Origin: Azolla caroliniana | Lineage: Eukaryota > Plantae > Polypodiophyta | DNA length: 60,290 nucleotides | Direction of reading: 5' to 3' | NCBI GenBank assembly: GCA_043228905.1 | Contig: JBHGNT010000176.1 | Coordinates: 1 to 60,290 of the forward strand | Shown here: one piece after another, positions 26,795 through 42,700 of the stretch | Layout of the letters: every line of letters starts with the position of its first letter | How positions within the stretch are numbered: position 1 is the stretch's first letter | The notes under the pieces: model-generated | Told to the model about the DNA's origin: nothing | What the model saw: only the letters and a program-made list of their open reading frames with translations | Databases searched by the model: none | Translations under genes and position numbers: made by a program

Positions 26795-29700
26795 AATCCG
26801 ATATCACACGAGCCAGGTATGAACATTTTAATTTACTCAAGGGTTTCTCTCAACTCACTCCTCAAATTTGGTAATCTCATCATGTCTCTCGACCTGAGTT
26901 TCAAAATCTTGATTTTTTAATTCCATATCATAGCTAGCGTTGTTAGCTTCGATTCGCATGTTTGAACATAAAAATCCGATATCCCACGAGCCAGGTATGA
27001 ACATTTTGATTTACCTCATAGCTCTTCTCAACTCACTCCTCAAATTTGGTAATTTCGTCATGGCTCTCGACCTGAGTTTCAAAATCTTGATTTTTTAATT
27101 CCATATCATAGCTAGCGTTGTTAGCTTCGATTCGCATGTTTGAACACAAAAATCCGATATCACACGAGCCAGGTATGAACATTTTAATTTAAGTCATAGC
27201 TCTTCTTAACTCACTCCTCAAATTTGGTATTTTCGTCATGTCTCTCGACCTGAGTTTCAAAATCTTGACTTTCTAATTCCATATCATAGCTAGCGTTGTT
27301 AGCTTCGATTCGCATGTTTGAAAACAAAACCCGATATCACACGAGCCAGGTATGAACATTTTAATTTACTCAAGGGCTTCTCTCAACTCACTCCTCAAAT
27401 TTGGTAATTTCGTCATGTCTCGCGACCTGAGTTTGAAAATCTTGATTTTTTAATTCCATATCATAGCTAGCATTGTTAGCTTCGATTCGCATGTTTGAAC
27501 ACAAAAATCCGATATCACACGAGCCAGGTATGAACATTTTAATTTACTCAAGGGCTTCTCTCAAGTCACTCCTCAAATTTGGTAATCTCATCATGTCTCT
27601 CGACCTGAGTTTCAAAATCTTGATTTTTTAACTCCATATCATAGCTAGCATTGTTAGCTTCGATTCGCATGTTTGAACACAAATATCCGATATCACACGA
27701 GCCAGGTATGAACATTTTAATTTACTCAAGGGCTTCTCTCAACTCACTCCTCAAATTTGGTAATAACGTCATGTCTCCCGACCTGATTTTCAAAATCTTG
27801 ATTTTTTAATTCCATATCATAGCTAGCGTAGTTAGCTTCGATTCGCATGTTTGAACACAAAAATCCGATATCACACGAGCCAGGTATGAACATTTTGATT
27901 TACCTCATAGCTCTTCTCAACTCACTCCTCAAATTTGGTAATCTCATCATGTCTCTCGACCTGAGTTTCAAAATCTTGATTTTTTAACTCCATATCATAG
28001 CTAGCATTGTTAGTTTCGATTTGCATGTTTGAACACAAAAATCCGATATCACACGAGCCAGGTATGAACATTTTAATTTACTCAAGGGCTTCTCTCAACT
28101 CAGTTCTCAAATTTGGTAATCTCATCATGTCTCTCGACCTGAGTTTCAAAATCTTGATTTTTTAATTCCATATCATAGCTAGCGTTGTTAGCGTCGATTC
28201 GCATGTTTGAACACAAAAATCCGATATCACACGAGCCAGGTATGAACATTTTAATTTACTCAAGGGCTTCTCTCAACTCACTCCTCAAATTTGGTAATAA
28301 CGTCATGTCTCGCGACCTGAGTTTCAAAATCTTGATTTTTTAACTCCATATCATAGCTAGCGTTGTTAGCTTCGATTCGCATGTTTGAACACAAAAATCC
28401 GATATCACACGAGCCAAGTATGAACATTTTAATTTACTCAAGGGCTTCTCTCAACTCACTCCTTAAATTTGGTAATTTTGTCATGTCTCCCGACCTGATT
28501 TTCAAAATCTTGATTTTTTAATTCCATATCATAGCTAGCGTAGTTAGCTTCGATTCGCATGTTTGAACACAAAAATCCGATATCACACGAGCCAGGTATG
28601 AACATTTTGATTTACCTAATAGCTCTTCTCAACTCACTCCTCAAATTTGGTATTTTCGTCATGTCTCTCGACCTGAGTTTCAAAATCTTGATTCTATAAT
28701 TCCATATCATAGCTAGCATTGTTAGCTTCGATTCGCATGTTTGAACACAAAAATCCGATATCACACGAGCCAGGTATGAACATTTTAATTTACTCAAGGG
28801 CTTCTCTCAACTCACTCCTCAAATTTGGTAATAACGTCATCTCTCGCTACCTGAGTTTCAAAATCTTGATTTTTTAATTCCATATCATAGCTAGCGTTGT
28901 TAGCTTCGATTCGCATGTTTGAACACAAAAATCCGATATCACACGAGCCAGGTATGAACATTTTAATTTACCTCATAGCTCTTCTCAACTCACTCCTCAA
29001 ATTTGGTAATCTCATCATGTCTCTCGACCTGAGTTTCAAAATCTTGATTTTTTAACTCCATATCATAGCTAGCATTGTTAGCTTCGATTCGCATGTTTGA
29101 ACACAAAAATCCGATATCACACGAGCCAGGTATGAACATTTTAATTTACTCAAGGGCTCTTCTTAACTCACTCCTCAAATTTGGTATTTTCGTCATGTCT
29201 CTCGACCTGAGTTTCAAAATCTTGATTTTTTAATTACATATCATAGCTAGCGTTGTTAGCTTCGATTCGCATCTTTGAACACAAAAATCCGATATCACAC
29301 GAGCCAGGTATGAACATTTTAATTTACTCAAGGGTTTATCTCAACTCACTCCTCAAATTTGGTAATCTCATCATGTCTCTCGACCTGAGTTTCAAAATCG
29401 TGATTTTTTAATTCCATATCATAGCTAGCGTTGTTAGCTTCGATTCGCATGTTTGAACACAAAAATCCGATATCACACGAGCTAGGTATGAACATTTTAA
29501 TTTACTCAAGGGTTTCTCTCAACTCACTCCTCAAATTTGGTAATCTCATCATGTCTCTCGACCTGAGTTTCAAAATCTTGATTTTTTAATTCCCTATCAT
29601 AGCTAGCGTTGTTAGCTTCGATTCGCATGTTTGAACACAAAAATCCGATATCACACGAGCCAGGTATGAACATTTTAATTTACCTCATAGCTCTTCTCAA

Positions 29701-32700
29701 CTCACTCCTCAAATTTGGTAATCTCATCATGTCTCTCGACCTGAGTTTCAAAATCTTGATTTTTTAACTCCATATCATAGCTAGCATTGTTAGCTTCGAT
29801 TCGCATGTTTGAACACAAAAATCCGATATCACACGAGCCAGGTATGAACATTTTAATTTACTCAAGGGCTTCTCTCAACTCACTCCTCAAATTTGGTAAT
29901 CTCATCATGTCTCTCGACCTGAGTTTAAAAATCTTGATTTTTTAATTACATATCATAGCTAGCGTTGTTAGCTTCGATTCGCATGTTTGAACACAAAAAT
30001 CCGATATCACACGAGCCAGGTATGAACATTTTAATTTACTCAAGGGCTTCTCTCAACTCACTCCTCAAATTTGGTAATCTCATCATGTCTCTCGACCTGA
30101 GTTTCAAAATCGTGATTTTTTAATTCCATATCATAGTTAGCGTTGTTAGCTTCGATTCGCATGTTTGAACACAAAAATCCGATATCACACGAGCTAGGTA
30201 TGAACATTTTAATTTACTCAAGGGTTTCTCTCAACTCACTCCTCAAATTTGGTAATCTCATCATGTCTCTCGACCTGAGTTTCAAAATCTTGATTTTTTA
30301 ATTCCCTATCATAGCTAGCGTTGTTAGCTTCGATTCGCATGTTTGAACACAAAAATCCGATATCACACGAGCCAGGTATGAACATTTTAATTTACTCAAG
30401 GGCTTCTCTCAACTCACTCCTCAAATTTGGTATTTTCGTCATGTCTCTCGACCTGAGTTTCAAAATCTTGATTTTTTAATTCCATATCATAGCTAGCGTT
30501 GTTAGCTTCGATTCGCATGTTTGAACACAAAAATCCGATATCACACGAGCCAGGTATGAACATTTTAATTTAACTCATAGCTCTTCTTAACTCACTCCTC
30601 AAATTTGGTATTTTCGTCATGTCTCTCGACCTGAGTTTCAAAATCTTGATTTTCTAATTCCATATCATAGCTAGCGTTGTTAGGTTCGATTCGCATGTTT
30701 GAACACAAAAATCCGATATCACACGAGCCAGGAATCAACATTTTAATTTACTCAAGGGCTTCTCTCAATTCACTCCTCAAATTTGGTAATCTCATCATGT
30801 CTCGCGACCTGAGTTTCAAAATCTTGATTTTTTAATTCCATATCATAGTTAGCGTTGTTAGCTTCGATTCGCATGTTTGAACACAAAAATCCGATATCAC
30901 ACGAGCCAGGTATGAACATTTTAATTTACTCAAGGGCTTCTCTCAACTCACTCCTCAAATTTGGTAATCTCATCATGTCTCTCGACCTGAGTTTCAAAAT
31001 CTTGATTTTTTAATTCCATATCATAGTTAGCGTTGTTAGCTTCGATTCGCATGTTTGAACACAAAAATCCGATATCACACGAGCCAGGTATGAACATTTT
31101 AATTTAAGTCATAGCTCTTCTTAACTCACTCCTCAAATTTGGTATTTTCGTCATGTCTCTCGACCTGAGTTTCAAAATCTTGATTTTTTAATTTCATATG
31201 ATAGCTAGCGTTGTTAGCTTCGATTCGCATGTTTGAACACAAAAATCCGATATCACACGAGCCAGGTATGAACATTTTAATTTACTCAAGGGCTTCTCTC
31301 AACTCACTCCTCAAATTTGGTAATCTCATCATGTCTCTCGACCTGAGTTTCAAAATCTTGATTTTTTAATTCCATATCATAGCTAGCGTTGTTAGCTTCG
31401 ATTCGCATGTTTGAACACAAAAATCCGATATCACACGAGCCAGGTATGAACATTTTAATTTACTCAAGGGCTTCTCTCAACTCACTTCTGAAATTTGGTA
31501 ATCTCATCATGTCTCTCGACCTGAGTTTCAAAATCTTGATTTTTTAATTCTATATCATAGCTAGCGTTGTTAGCTTCGATTCGCATGTTTGAACACAAAA
31601 ATCCGATATCACACGAGCTAGGTATGAACATTTTAATTTACTCAAGGGTTTCTCTCAACTCAGTCCTCAAATTTGGTAATCTCATCATGTCTCTCGACCT
31701 GAGTTTCAATATCTTGATTTTTTAATTCCATATCATAGCTAGCGTTGTTAGCTTCGATTCGCATGTTTGAACACAAAAATCCGATATCACACGAGCCAGG
31801 TATGAACATTTTAATTTAATCAAGGGCATCTCTCAACTCACTCCTCAAATTTGGTAATCTCATCATGTCTCTCGACCTGAGTTTCAAAATCTTGATTTTT
31901 TAATTCCATATCATAGCTAGCGTTGTTAGCTTCGATTCGCATGTTTGAACACAAAAATCCGATATCACACGAGCCAGGTATGAACATTTTAATTTAACTC
32001 ATAGCTCTTCTTAACTCACTCCTCAAATTTGGTATTTTCGTCATGTCTCTCGACCTGAGTTTCAAAATCTTGATTTTCTAATTCCATATCATAGCTAGCG
32101 TTGTTAGGTTCGATTCGCATGTTTGAACACAAAAATCCGATATCACACGAGCCAGGAATGAACATTTTAATTTACTCAAGGGTTTCTCTCAACTCACTCC
32201 TCAAATTTGGTAATCTCATCATGTCTCGCGACCTGAGTTTCAAAATCTTGATTTTTTAATTCCATATCATAGCTAGCGTTGTTAGCTTCGATTCGCATGT
32301 TTGAACACAAAAATCCGATATCACACGAGCCAGGTATGAACATTTTAATTTACTCAAGGGCTTCTCTCAACTCACTCCTCAAATTTGGTAATCTCATCAT
32401 GTCTCTCGACCTGAGTTTCAAAATCTTGATTTTTTAATTCCATATCATAGCTAGCGTTGTTAGCTTCGATTCGCATGTTTGAACACAAAAATCCGATATC
32501 ACACGAGCCAGGTATGAACATTTTAATTTACTCAAGGGCTTCTCTCAACTCACTCCTCAAATTTGGTAATCTCATCATGTCTCTCGACCTGAGTTTCAAA
32601 ATCTTGATTTTTTAATTTCATATGATAGCTAGCGTTGTTAGCTTCGATTCGCATGTTTGAACACAAAAATCCGATATCACACGAGCCAGGTATGAACATT

Positions 32701-35700
32701 TTAATTTACTCAAGGGTTTCTCTCAACTCAGTCCTCAAATTTGGTAATCTCATCATGTCTCTCGACCTGAGTTTCAAAATCTTGATTTTTTAATTCCATA
32801 TGATAGCTAGCGTTGTTAGCTTCGATTCGCATGTTTGAACACAAAAATCCGATATCACACGAGCCAGATATGAACATTTTGATTTACCTCATAGCTCTTC
32901 TCAACTCACTCCTCAAATTTGGTATTTTCGTCATGTCTCTCGACCTGAGTTTCAAAATCTTGATTTTCTAATTTCATATGATAGCTAGTGTTGTTAGCTT
33001 CGATTCGCATGTTTGAACACAAAAATCCGATATCACACGAGCCAGGTATGAACATTTTAATTTACTCAAGGGTTTCTCTCAACTCACTCCTCAAATTTGG
33101 TAATCTCATCATGTCTCTCGACCTGAGTTTCAAAATCTTGATTTTTTAATTCCATATCATAGCTAGCGTTGTTAGCTTCGATTCGCATGTTTGAACACAA
33201 AAATCCGATATCACACGAGCCAGGTATGAACATTTTGATTTACCTCATAGCTCTTCTCAACTCACTCCTCAAATTTGGTAATTTCGTCATGGCTCTCGAC
33301 CTGAGTTTCAAAATCTTGATTTTTTAATTCCATATCATAGCTAGCGTTGTTAGGTTCGATTCGCATGTTTGAACACAAAAATCCGATATCACACGAGCCA
33401 GGAATCAACATTTTAATTTACTCAAGGGCTTCTCTCAATTCACTCCTCAAATTTGGTAATCTCATCATGTCTCGCGACCTGAGTTTCAAAATCTTGATTT
33501 TTTAATTCCATATCATAGTTAGCGTTGTTAGCTTCGATTCGCATGTTTGAACACAAAAATCCGATATCACACGAGCCAGGTATGAACATTTTAATTTACT
33601 CAAGGGCTTCTCTCAACTCACTCCTCAAATTTGGTAATCTCATCATGTCTCTCGACCTGAGTTTCAAAATCTTGATTTTTTAATTCCATATCATAGTTAG
33701 CGTTGTTAGCTTCGATTCGCATGTTTGAACACAAAAATCCGATATCACACGAGCCAGGTATGAACATTTTAATTTACTCAAGGGTTTCTCTCAACTCACT
33801 CCTCAAATTTGGTAATCTCATCATGTCTCTCGACCTGAGTTTCAAAATCTTGATTTTTTAATTCCATATCATAGCTAGCGTTGTTAGCTTCGATTCGCAT
33901 GTTTGAACACAAAAATCCGATATCACACGAGCCAGGTATGAACATTTTGATTTACCTCATAGCTCTTCTCAACTCACTCCTCAAATTTGGTAATTTCGTC
34001 ATGGCTCTCGACCTGAGTTTCAAAATCTTGATTTTTTAATTCCATATCATAGCTAGCGTTGTTAGCTTCGATTCGCATGTTTGAACACAAAAATCCGATA
34101 TCACACGAGGCAGGTATGAACATTTTAATTTACTCAAGGGTTTCTCTCAACTCACTCCTCAAATTTGGTAATCTCATCATGTCTCTCGACCTGAGTTTCA
34201 AAATCTTGATTTTTTAATTCCATATCATAGCTACCGTTGTTAGCTTCGATTCGCATGTTTGAACACAAAAATCCGATATCACACGAGCCAGGTATGAACA
34301 TTTTAATTTAACTCATAGCTCTTCTTAACTCACTCCTCAAATTTGGTATTTTCGTCATGTCTCTCGACCTGAGTTTCAAAATCTTGATTTTCTAATTCCA
34401 TATCATAGCTAGCGTTGTTAGGTTCGATTCGCATGTTTGAACACAAAAATCCGATATCACACGAGCCAGGTATGAACATTTTAATTTACTCAAGGGCTTC
34501 TCTCAACTCACTCCTCAAATTTGGTAATCTCATCATGTCTCTCGACCTGAGTTTCAAAATCTTGATTTTTTAATTCCATATCATAGCTAGCGTTGTTAGC
34601 TTCGATTCGCATGTTTGAACACAAAAATCCGATATCACACGAGCCAGGTATGAACATTTTAATTTACTCAAGGGCTTCTCTCAACTCACTCCTCAAATTT
34701 GGTAATCTCATCATGTCTCTCGACCTGAGTTTCAAAATCTTGATTTTTTAATTTCATATGATAGCTAGCGTTGTTAGCTTCGATTCGCATGTTTGAACAC
34801 AAAAATCCGATATCACACGAGCCAGGTATGAACATTTTAATTTACTCAAGGGTTTCTCTCAACTCAGTCCTCAAATTTGGTAATCTCATCATGTCTCTCG
34901 ACCTGAGTTTCAAAATCTTGATTTTTTAATTCCATATCATAGCTAGCGTTGTTAGCTTCGATTCGCATGTTTGAACACAAAAATCCGATATCACACGAGC
35001 CAGGTATGAACATTTTAATTTACTCAAGGGCTTCTCTCAACTCACTTCTGAAATTTGGTAATCTCATCATGTCTCTCGACCTGAGTTTCAAAATCTTGAT
35101 TTTTTAATTCTATATCATAGCTAGCGTTGTTAGCTTCGATTCGCATGTTTGAACACAAAAATCCGATATCACACGAGCCAGGTATGAACATTTTAATTTA
35201 CTCAAGGGTTTCTCTCAACTCACTCCTCAAATTTGGTAATCTCATCATGTCTCTCGACCTGAGTTTCAAAATCTTGATTTTTTAATTCCATATCATAGCT
35301 AGCGTTGTTAGCTTCGATTCGCATGTTTGAACACAAAAATCCGATATCACACGAGCCAGGTATGAACATTTTGATTTACCTCATAGCTCTTCTCAACTCA
35401 CTCCTCAAATTTGGTAATTTCGTCATGGCTCTCGACCTGAGTTTCAAAATCTTGATTTTTTAATTCTATATCATAGCTAGCGTTGTTAGCTTCGATTCGC
35501 ATGTTTGAACACAAAAATCCGATATCACACGAGCCAGGTATGAACATTTTAATTTAATCAAGGGCATCTCTCAACTCAGTCCTCAAATTTGGTAATCTCA
35601 TCATGTCTCTCGACCTGAGTTTCAAAATCTTGATTTTTTAATTCCATATCATAGCTAGCGTTGTTAGCTTCGATTCGCATGTTTGAACACAAAAATCCGA

Positions 35701-36761
35701 TATCACACGAGCCAGGTATGAACATTTTAATTTACTCAAGGGTTTCTCTCAACTCAGTCCTCAAATTTGGTAATCTCATCATGTCTCTCGACCTGAGTTT
35801 CAAAATCTTGATTTTTTAATTCCATATCATAGCTAGCGTTGTTAGCTTCGATTCGCATGTTTGAACACAAAAATCCGATATCACACGAGCCAGGTATGAA
35901 CATTTTAATTTACTCAAGGGCTTCTCTCAACTCACTCCTCAAATTTGGTAATTTCGTCATGTCTCGCGACCTGAGTTTGAAAATATTGATTTTTTAATTC
36001 CATATCATAGCTAGCGTTGTTAGCTTCGATTCGCACGTTTGAACACAAAAATCCGATATCACACGAGCCAGGTATGAACATTTTAATTTACTCAAGGGCT
36101 TCTCTCAACTCACTCCTCAAATTTGGTAATCTCATCATGTCTCTCGACCTGAGTTTCAAAATCTTGATTTTTTAATTCCATATCATAGTTAGCGTTGTTA
36201 GCTTCGATTCGCATGTTTGAACACAAAAATCCGATATCACACGAGGCAGGTCTGAACATTTTAATTTACTCAAGGGTTTCTCTCAACTCACTCCTCAAAT
36301 TTGGTAATCTCATCATGTCTCTCGACCTGAGTTTCAAAATCTTGATTTTTTAATTCCATATCATAGCTAGCGTTGTTAGCTTCGATTCGCATGTTTGAAC
36401 ACAAAAATCCGATATCACACGAGCCAGGTATGAACATTTTAATTTAACTCATAGCTCTTCTTAACTCACTCCTCAAATTTGGTATTTTCGTCATGTCTCT
36501 CGACCTGAGTTTCAAAATCTTGATTTTCTAATTTCATATCATAGCTAGTGTTGTTAGCTTCGATTCGCATGTTTGAACACAAAAATCCGATATCACACGA
36601 GCCAGGTATGAACATTTTAATTTACTCAAGGGTTTCTCTCAACTCACTCCTCAAATTTGGTAATCTCATCATGTCTCTCGACCTGAGTTTCAAAATCTTG
36701 ATTTTTTAATTCCATATCATAGCTAGCGTTGTTAGCTTCGATTCGCATGTTTGAACACAAA

Positions 36762-39700
36762 AATCCGATATCACACGAGCCAGATATGAACATTTTGATT
36801 TACCTCATAGCTCTTCTCAACTCACTCCTCAAATTTGGTATTTTCGTCATGTCTCTCGACCTGAGTTTCAAAATCTTGATTTTCTAATTTCATATGATAG
36901 CTAGTGTTGTTAGCTTCGATTCGCATGTTTGAACACAAAAATCCGATATCACACGAGCCAGGTATGAACATTTTAATTTACTCAAGGGTTTCTCTCAACT
37001 CACTCCTCAAATTTGGTAATCTCATCATGTCTCTCGACCTGAGTTTCAAAATCTTGATTTTTTAATTCCATATCATAGCTAGCGTTGTTAGCTTCGATTC
37101 GCATGTTTGAACACAAAAATCCGATATCACACGAGCCAGGTATGAACATTTTGATTTACCTCATAGCTCTTCTCAACTCACTCCTCAAATTTGGTAATTT
37201 CGTCATGGCTCTCGACCTGAGTTTCAAAATCTTGATTTTTTAATTCCATATCATAGCTAGCGTTGTTAGCTTCGATTCGCATGTTTGAACACAAAAATCC
37301 GATATCACACGAGGCAGGTATGAACATTTTAATTTACTCAAGGGTTTCTCTCAACTCACTCCTCAAATTTGGTAATCTCATCATGTCTCTCGACCTGAGT
37401 TTCAAAATCTTGATTTTTTAATTCCATATCATAGCTAGCGTTGTTAGCTTCGATTCGCATGTTTGAACACAAAAATCCGATATCACACGAGCCAGGTATG
37501 AACATTTTAATTTAACTCATAGCTCTTCTTAACTCACTCCTCAAATTTGGTATTTTCGTCATGTCTCTCGACCTGAGTTTCAAAATCTTGATTTTCTAAT
37601 TCCATATCATAGCTAGCGTTGTTAGGTTCGATTCGCATGTTTGAACACAAAAATCCGATATCACACGAGCCAGGTATGAACATTTTAATTTACTCAAGGG
37701 CTTCTCTCAACTCACTCCTCAAATTTGGTAATCTCATCATGTCTCTCGACCTGAGTTTCAAAATCTTGATTTTTTAATTCCATATCATAGCTAGCGTTGT
37801 TAGCTTCGATTCGCATGTTTGAACACAAAAATCCGATATCACACGAGCCAGGTATGAACATTTTAATTTACTCAAGGGCTTCTCTCAACTCACTCCTCAA
37901 ATTTGGTAATCTCATCATGTCTCTCGACCTGAGTTTCAAAATCTTGATTTTTTAATTTCATATGATAGCTAGCGTTGTTAGCTTCGATTCGCATGTTTGA
38001 ACACAAAAATCCGATATCACACGAGCCAGGTATGAACATTTTAATTTACTCAAGGGTTTCTCTCAACTCAGTCCTCAAATTTGGTAATCTCATCATGTCT
38101 CTCGACCTGAGTTTCAAAATCTTGATTTTTTAATTCCATATCATAGCTAGCGTTGTTAGCTTCGATTCGCATGTTTGAACACAAAAATCCGATATCACAC
38201 GAGCCAGATATGAACATTTTGATTTACCTCATAGCTCTTCTCAACTCACTCCTCAAATTTGGTATTTTCGTCATGTCTCTCGACCTGAGTTTCAAAATCT
38301 TGATTTTCTAATTTCATATGATAGCTAGTGTTGTTAGCTTCGATTCGCATGTTTGAACACAAAAATCCGATATCACACGAGCCAGGTATGAACATTTTAA
38401 TTTACTCAAGGGTTTCTCTCAACTCACTCCTCAAATTTGGTAATCTCATCATGTCTCTCGACCTGAGTTTCAAAATCTTGATTTTTTAATTCCATATCAT
38501 AGCTAGCGTTGTTAGCTTCGATTCGCATGTTTGAACACAAAAATCCGATATCACACGAGCCAGGTATGAACATTTTGATTTACCTCATAGCTCTTCTCAA
38601 CTCACTCCTCAAATTTGGTAATTTCGTCATGGCTCTCGACCTGAGTTTCAAAATCTTGATTTTTTAATTCTATATCATAGCTAGCGTTGTTAGCTTCGAT
38701 TCGCATGTTTGAACACAAAAATCCGATATCACACGAGCCAGGTATGAACATTTTAATTTAATCAAGGGCATCTCTCAACTCAGTCCTCAAATTTGGTAAT
38801 CTCATCATGTCTCTCGACCTGAGTTTCAAAATCTTGATTTTTTAATTCCATATCATAGCTAGCGTTGTTAGCTTCGATTCGCATGTTTGAACACAAAAAT
38901 CCGATATCACACGAGCCAGGTATGAACATTTTAATTTACTCAAGGGCTTCTCTCAACTCACTCCTCAAATTTGGTAATTTCGTCATGTCTCGCGACCTGA
39001 GTTTGAAAATATTGATTTTTTAATTCCATATCATAGCTAGCGTTGTTAGCTTCGATTCGCACGTTTGAACACAAAAATCCGATATCACACGAGCCAGGTA
39101 TGAACATTTTAATTTACTCAAGGGCTTCTCTCAACTCACTCCTCAAATTTGGTAATCTCATCATGTCTCTCGACCTGAGTTTCAAAATCTTGATTTTTTA
39201 ATTCCATATCATAGTTAGCGTTGTTAGCTTCGATTCGCATGTTTGAACACAAAAATCCGATATCACACGAGCCAGGTATGAACATTTTAATTTAAGTCAT
39301 AGCTCTTCTTAACTCACTCCTCAAATTTGGTATTTTCGTCATGTCTCTCGACCTGAGTTTCAAAATCTTGATTTTTTAATTCCATATGATAGCTAGCGTT
39401 GTTAGCTTCGATTCGCATGTTTGAACACAAAAATCCGATATCACACGAGCCAGATATGAACATTTTGATTTACCTCATAGCTCTTCTCAACTCACTCCTC
39501 AAATTTGGTATTTTCGTCATGTCTCTCGACCTGAGTTTCAAAATCTTGATTTTCTAATTTCATATGATAGCTAGTGTTGTTAGCTTCGATTCGCATGTTT
39601 GAACACAAAAATCCGATATCACACGAGCCAGGTATGAACATTTTAATTTACTCAAGGGTTTCTCTCAACTCACTCCTCAAATTTGGTAATCTCATCATGT

Positions 39701-42700
39701 CTCTCGACCTGAGTTTCAAAATCTTGATTTTTTAATTCCATATCATAGCTAGCGTTGTTAGCTTCGATTCGCATGTTTGAACACAAAAATCCGATATCAC
39801 ACGAGCCAGGTATGAACATTTTGATTTACCTCATAGCTCTTCTCAACTCACTCCTCAAATTTGGTAATTTCGTCATGGCTCTCGACCTGAGTTTCAAAAT
39901 CTTGATTTTTTAATTCCATATCATAGCTAGCGTTGTTAGCTTCGATTCGCATGTTTGAACACAAAAATCCGATATCACACGAGCCAGGTATGAACATTTT
40001 AATTTACTCAAGGGCTTCTCTCAACTCACTCCTCAAATTTGGTATTCTCATCATGTCTCTCGACCTGAGTTTCAAAATGTTGATTTTTTAATTCCATACC
40101 ATAGCTAGCGTTGTTAGCTTCGATTCGCATGTTTGAACACAAAAATCCGATATCACACGAGCCAGGTATGAACATTTTAATTTACTCAAGGGCTTCTCTC
40201 AACTCACTCCTCAAATTTGGTATTTTCGTCATGTCTCTCGACCTGAGTTTCAAAATCGTGATTTTCTAATTCCATATCATAGCTAGCGTTATTAGCTTCG
40301 ATTCGCATGTTTGAACACAAAAATCCGATATCACACGAGCCAGGTATGAACATTTTAATTTACTCAAGGGCTTCTCTCAACTCACTCCTCAAATTTGGTA
40401 ATCTCATCATGTCTCTCGACCTGAGTTTCAAAATCTTGATTTTTTAATTCCATATGATAGCTAGCGTTGTTAGCTTCGATTCGCATGTTTGAACACAAAA
40501 ATCCAATATCACACGAGCCAGGTATGAACATTTTGATTTACCTCATAGCTCTTCTCAACTCACTCCTCAAATTTGGTAATCTCATCATGTCTCTCGACCT
40601 GAGTTTCAAAATCTTGATTTTTTAATTCCATATCATAGCTAGCGTTGTTAGCTTCGATTCGCATGTTTGAACACAAAAATCCGATATCACACGAGCCAGA
40701 TATGAACATTTTGATTTACCTCATAGCTCTTCTCAACTCACTCCTCAAATTTGGTATTTTCGTCATGTCTCTCGACCTGAGTTTCAAAATCTTGATTTTC
40801 TAATTTCATATGATAGCTAGTGTTGTTAGCTTCGATTCGCATGTTTGAACACAAAAATCCGATATCACACGAGCCAGGTATGAACATTTTAATTTACTCA
40901 AGGGTTTCTCTCAACTCACTCCTCAAATTTGGTAATCTCATCATGTCTCTCGACCTGAGTTTCAAAATCTTGATTTTTTAATTCCATATCATAGCTAGCG
41001 TTGTTAGCTTCGATTCGCATGTTTGAACACAAAAATCCGATATCACACGAGCCAGGTATGAACATTTTGATTTACCTCATAGCTCTTCTCAACTCACTCC
41101 TCAAATTTGGTAATTTCGTCATGGCTCTCGACCTGAGTTTCAAAATCTTGATTTTTTAATTCTATATCATAGCTAGCGTTGTTAGCTTCGATTCGCATGT
41201 TTGAACACAAAAATCCGATATCACACGAGCCAGGTATGAACATTTTAATTTAATCAAGGGCATCTCTCAACTCAGTCCTCAAATTTGGTAATCTCATCAT
41301 GTCTCTCGACCTGAGTTTCAAAATCTTGATTTTTTAATTCCATATCATAGCTAGCGTTGTTAGCTTCGATTCGCATGTTTGAACACAAAAATCCGATATC
41401 ACACGAGCCAGGTATGAACATTTTAATTTACTCAAGGGCTTCTCTCAACTCACTCCTCAAATTTGGTAATTTCGTCATGTCTCGCGACCTGAGTTTGAAA
41501 ATATTGATTTTTTAATTCCATATCATAGCTAGCGTTGTTAGCTTCGATTCGCACGTTTGAACACAAAAATCCGATATCACACGAGCCAGGTATGAACATT
41601 TTAATTTACTCAAGGGCTTCTCTCAACTCACTCCTCAAATTTGGTAATCTCATCATGTCTCTCGACCTGAGTTTCAAAATCTTGATTTTTTAATTCCATA
41701 TCATAGTTAGCGTTGTTAGCTTCGATTCGCATGTTTGAACACAAAAATCCGATATCACACGAGCCAGGTATGAACATTTTAATTTAAGTCATAGCTCTTC
41801 TTAACTCACTCCTCAAATTTGGTATTTTCGTCATGTCTCTCGACCTGAGTTTCAAAATCTTGATTTTTTAATTCCATATGATAGCTAGCGTTGTTAGCTT
41901 CGATTCGCATGTTTGAACACAAAAATCCGATATCACACGAGCCAGATATGAACATTTTGATTTACCTCATAGCTCTTCTCAACTCACTCCTCAAATTTGG
42001 TATTTTCGTCATGTCTCTCGACCTGAGTTTCAAAATCTTGATTTTCTAATTTCATATGATAGCTAGTGTTGTTAGCTTCGATTCGCATGTTTGAACACAA
42101 AAATCCGATATCACACGAGCCAGGTATGAACATTTTAATTTACTCAAGGGTTTCTCTCAACTCACTCCTCAAATTTGGTAATCTCATCATGTCTCTCGAC
42201 CTGAGTTTCAAAATCTTGATTTTTTAATTCCATATCATAGCTAGCGTTGTTAGCTTCGATTCGCATGTTTGAACACAAAAATCCGATATCACACGAGCCA
42301 GGTATGAACATTTTGATTTACCTCATAGCTCTTCTCAACTCACTCCTCAAATTTGGTAATTTCGTCATGGCTCTCGACCTGAGTTTCAAAATCTTGATTT
42401 TTTAATTCCATATCATAGCTAGCGTTGTTAGCTTCGATTCGCATGTTTGAACACAAAAATCCGATATCACACGAGGCAGGTATGAACATTTTAATTTACT
42501 CAAGGGTTTCTCTCAACTCACTCCTCAAATTTGGTAATCTCATCATGTCTCTCGACCTGAGTTTCAAAATCTTGATTTTTTAATTCCATATCATAGCTAG
42601 CGTTGTTAGCTTCGATTCGCATGTTTGAACACAAAAATCCGATATCACACGAGCCAGGTATGAACATTTTAATTTAACTCATAGCTCTTCTTAACTCACT

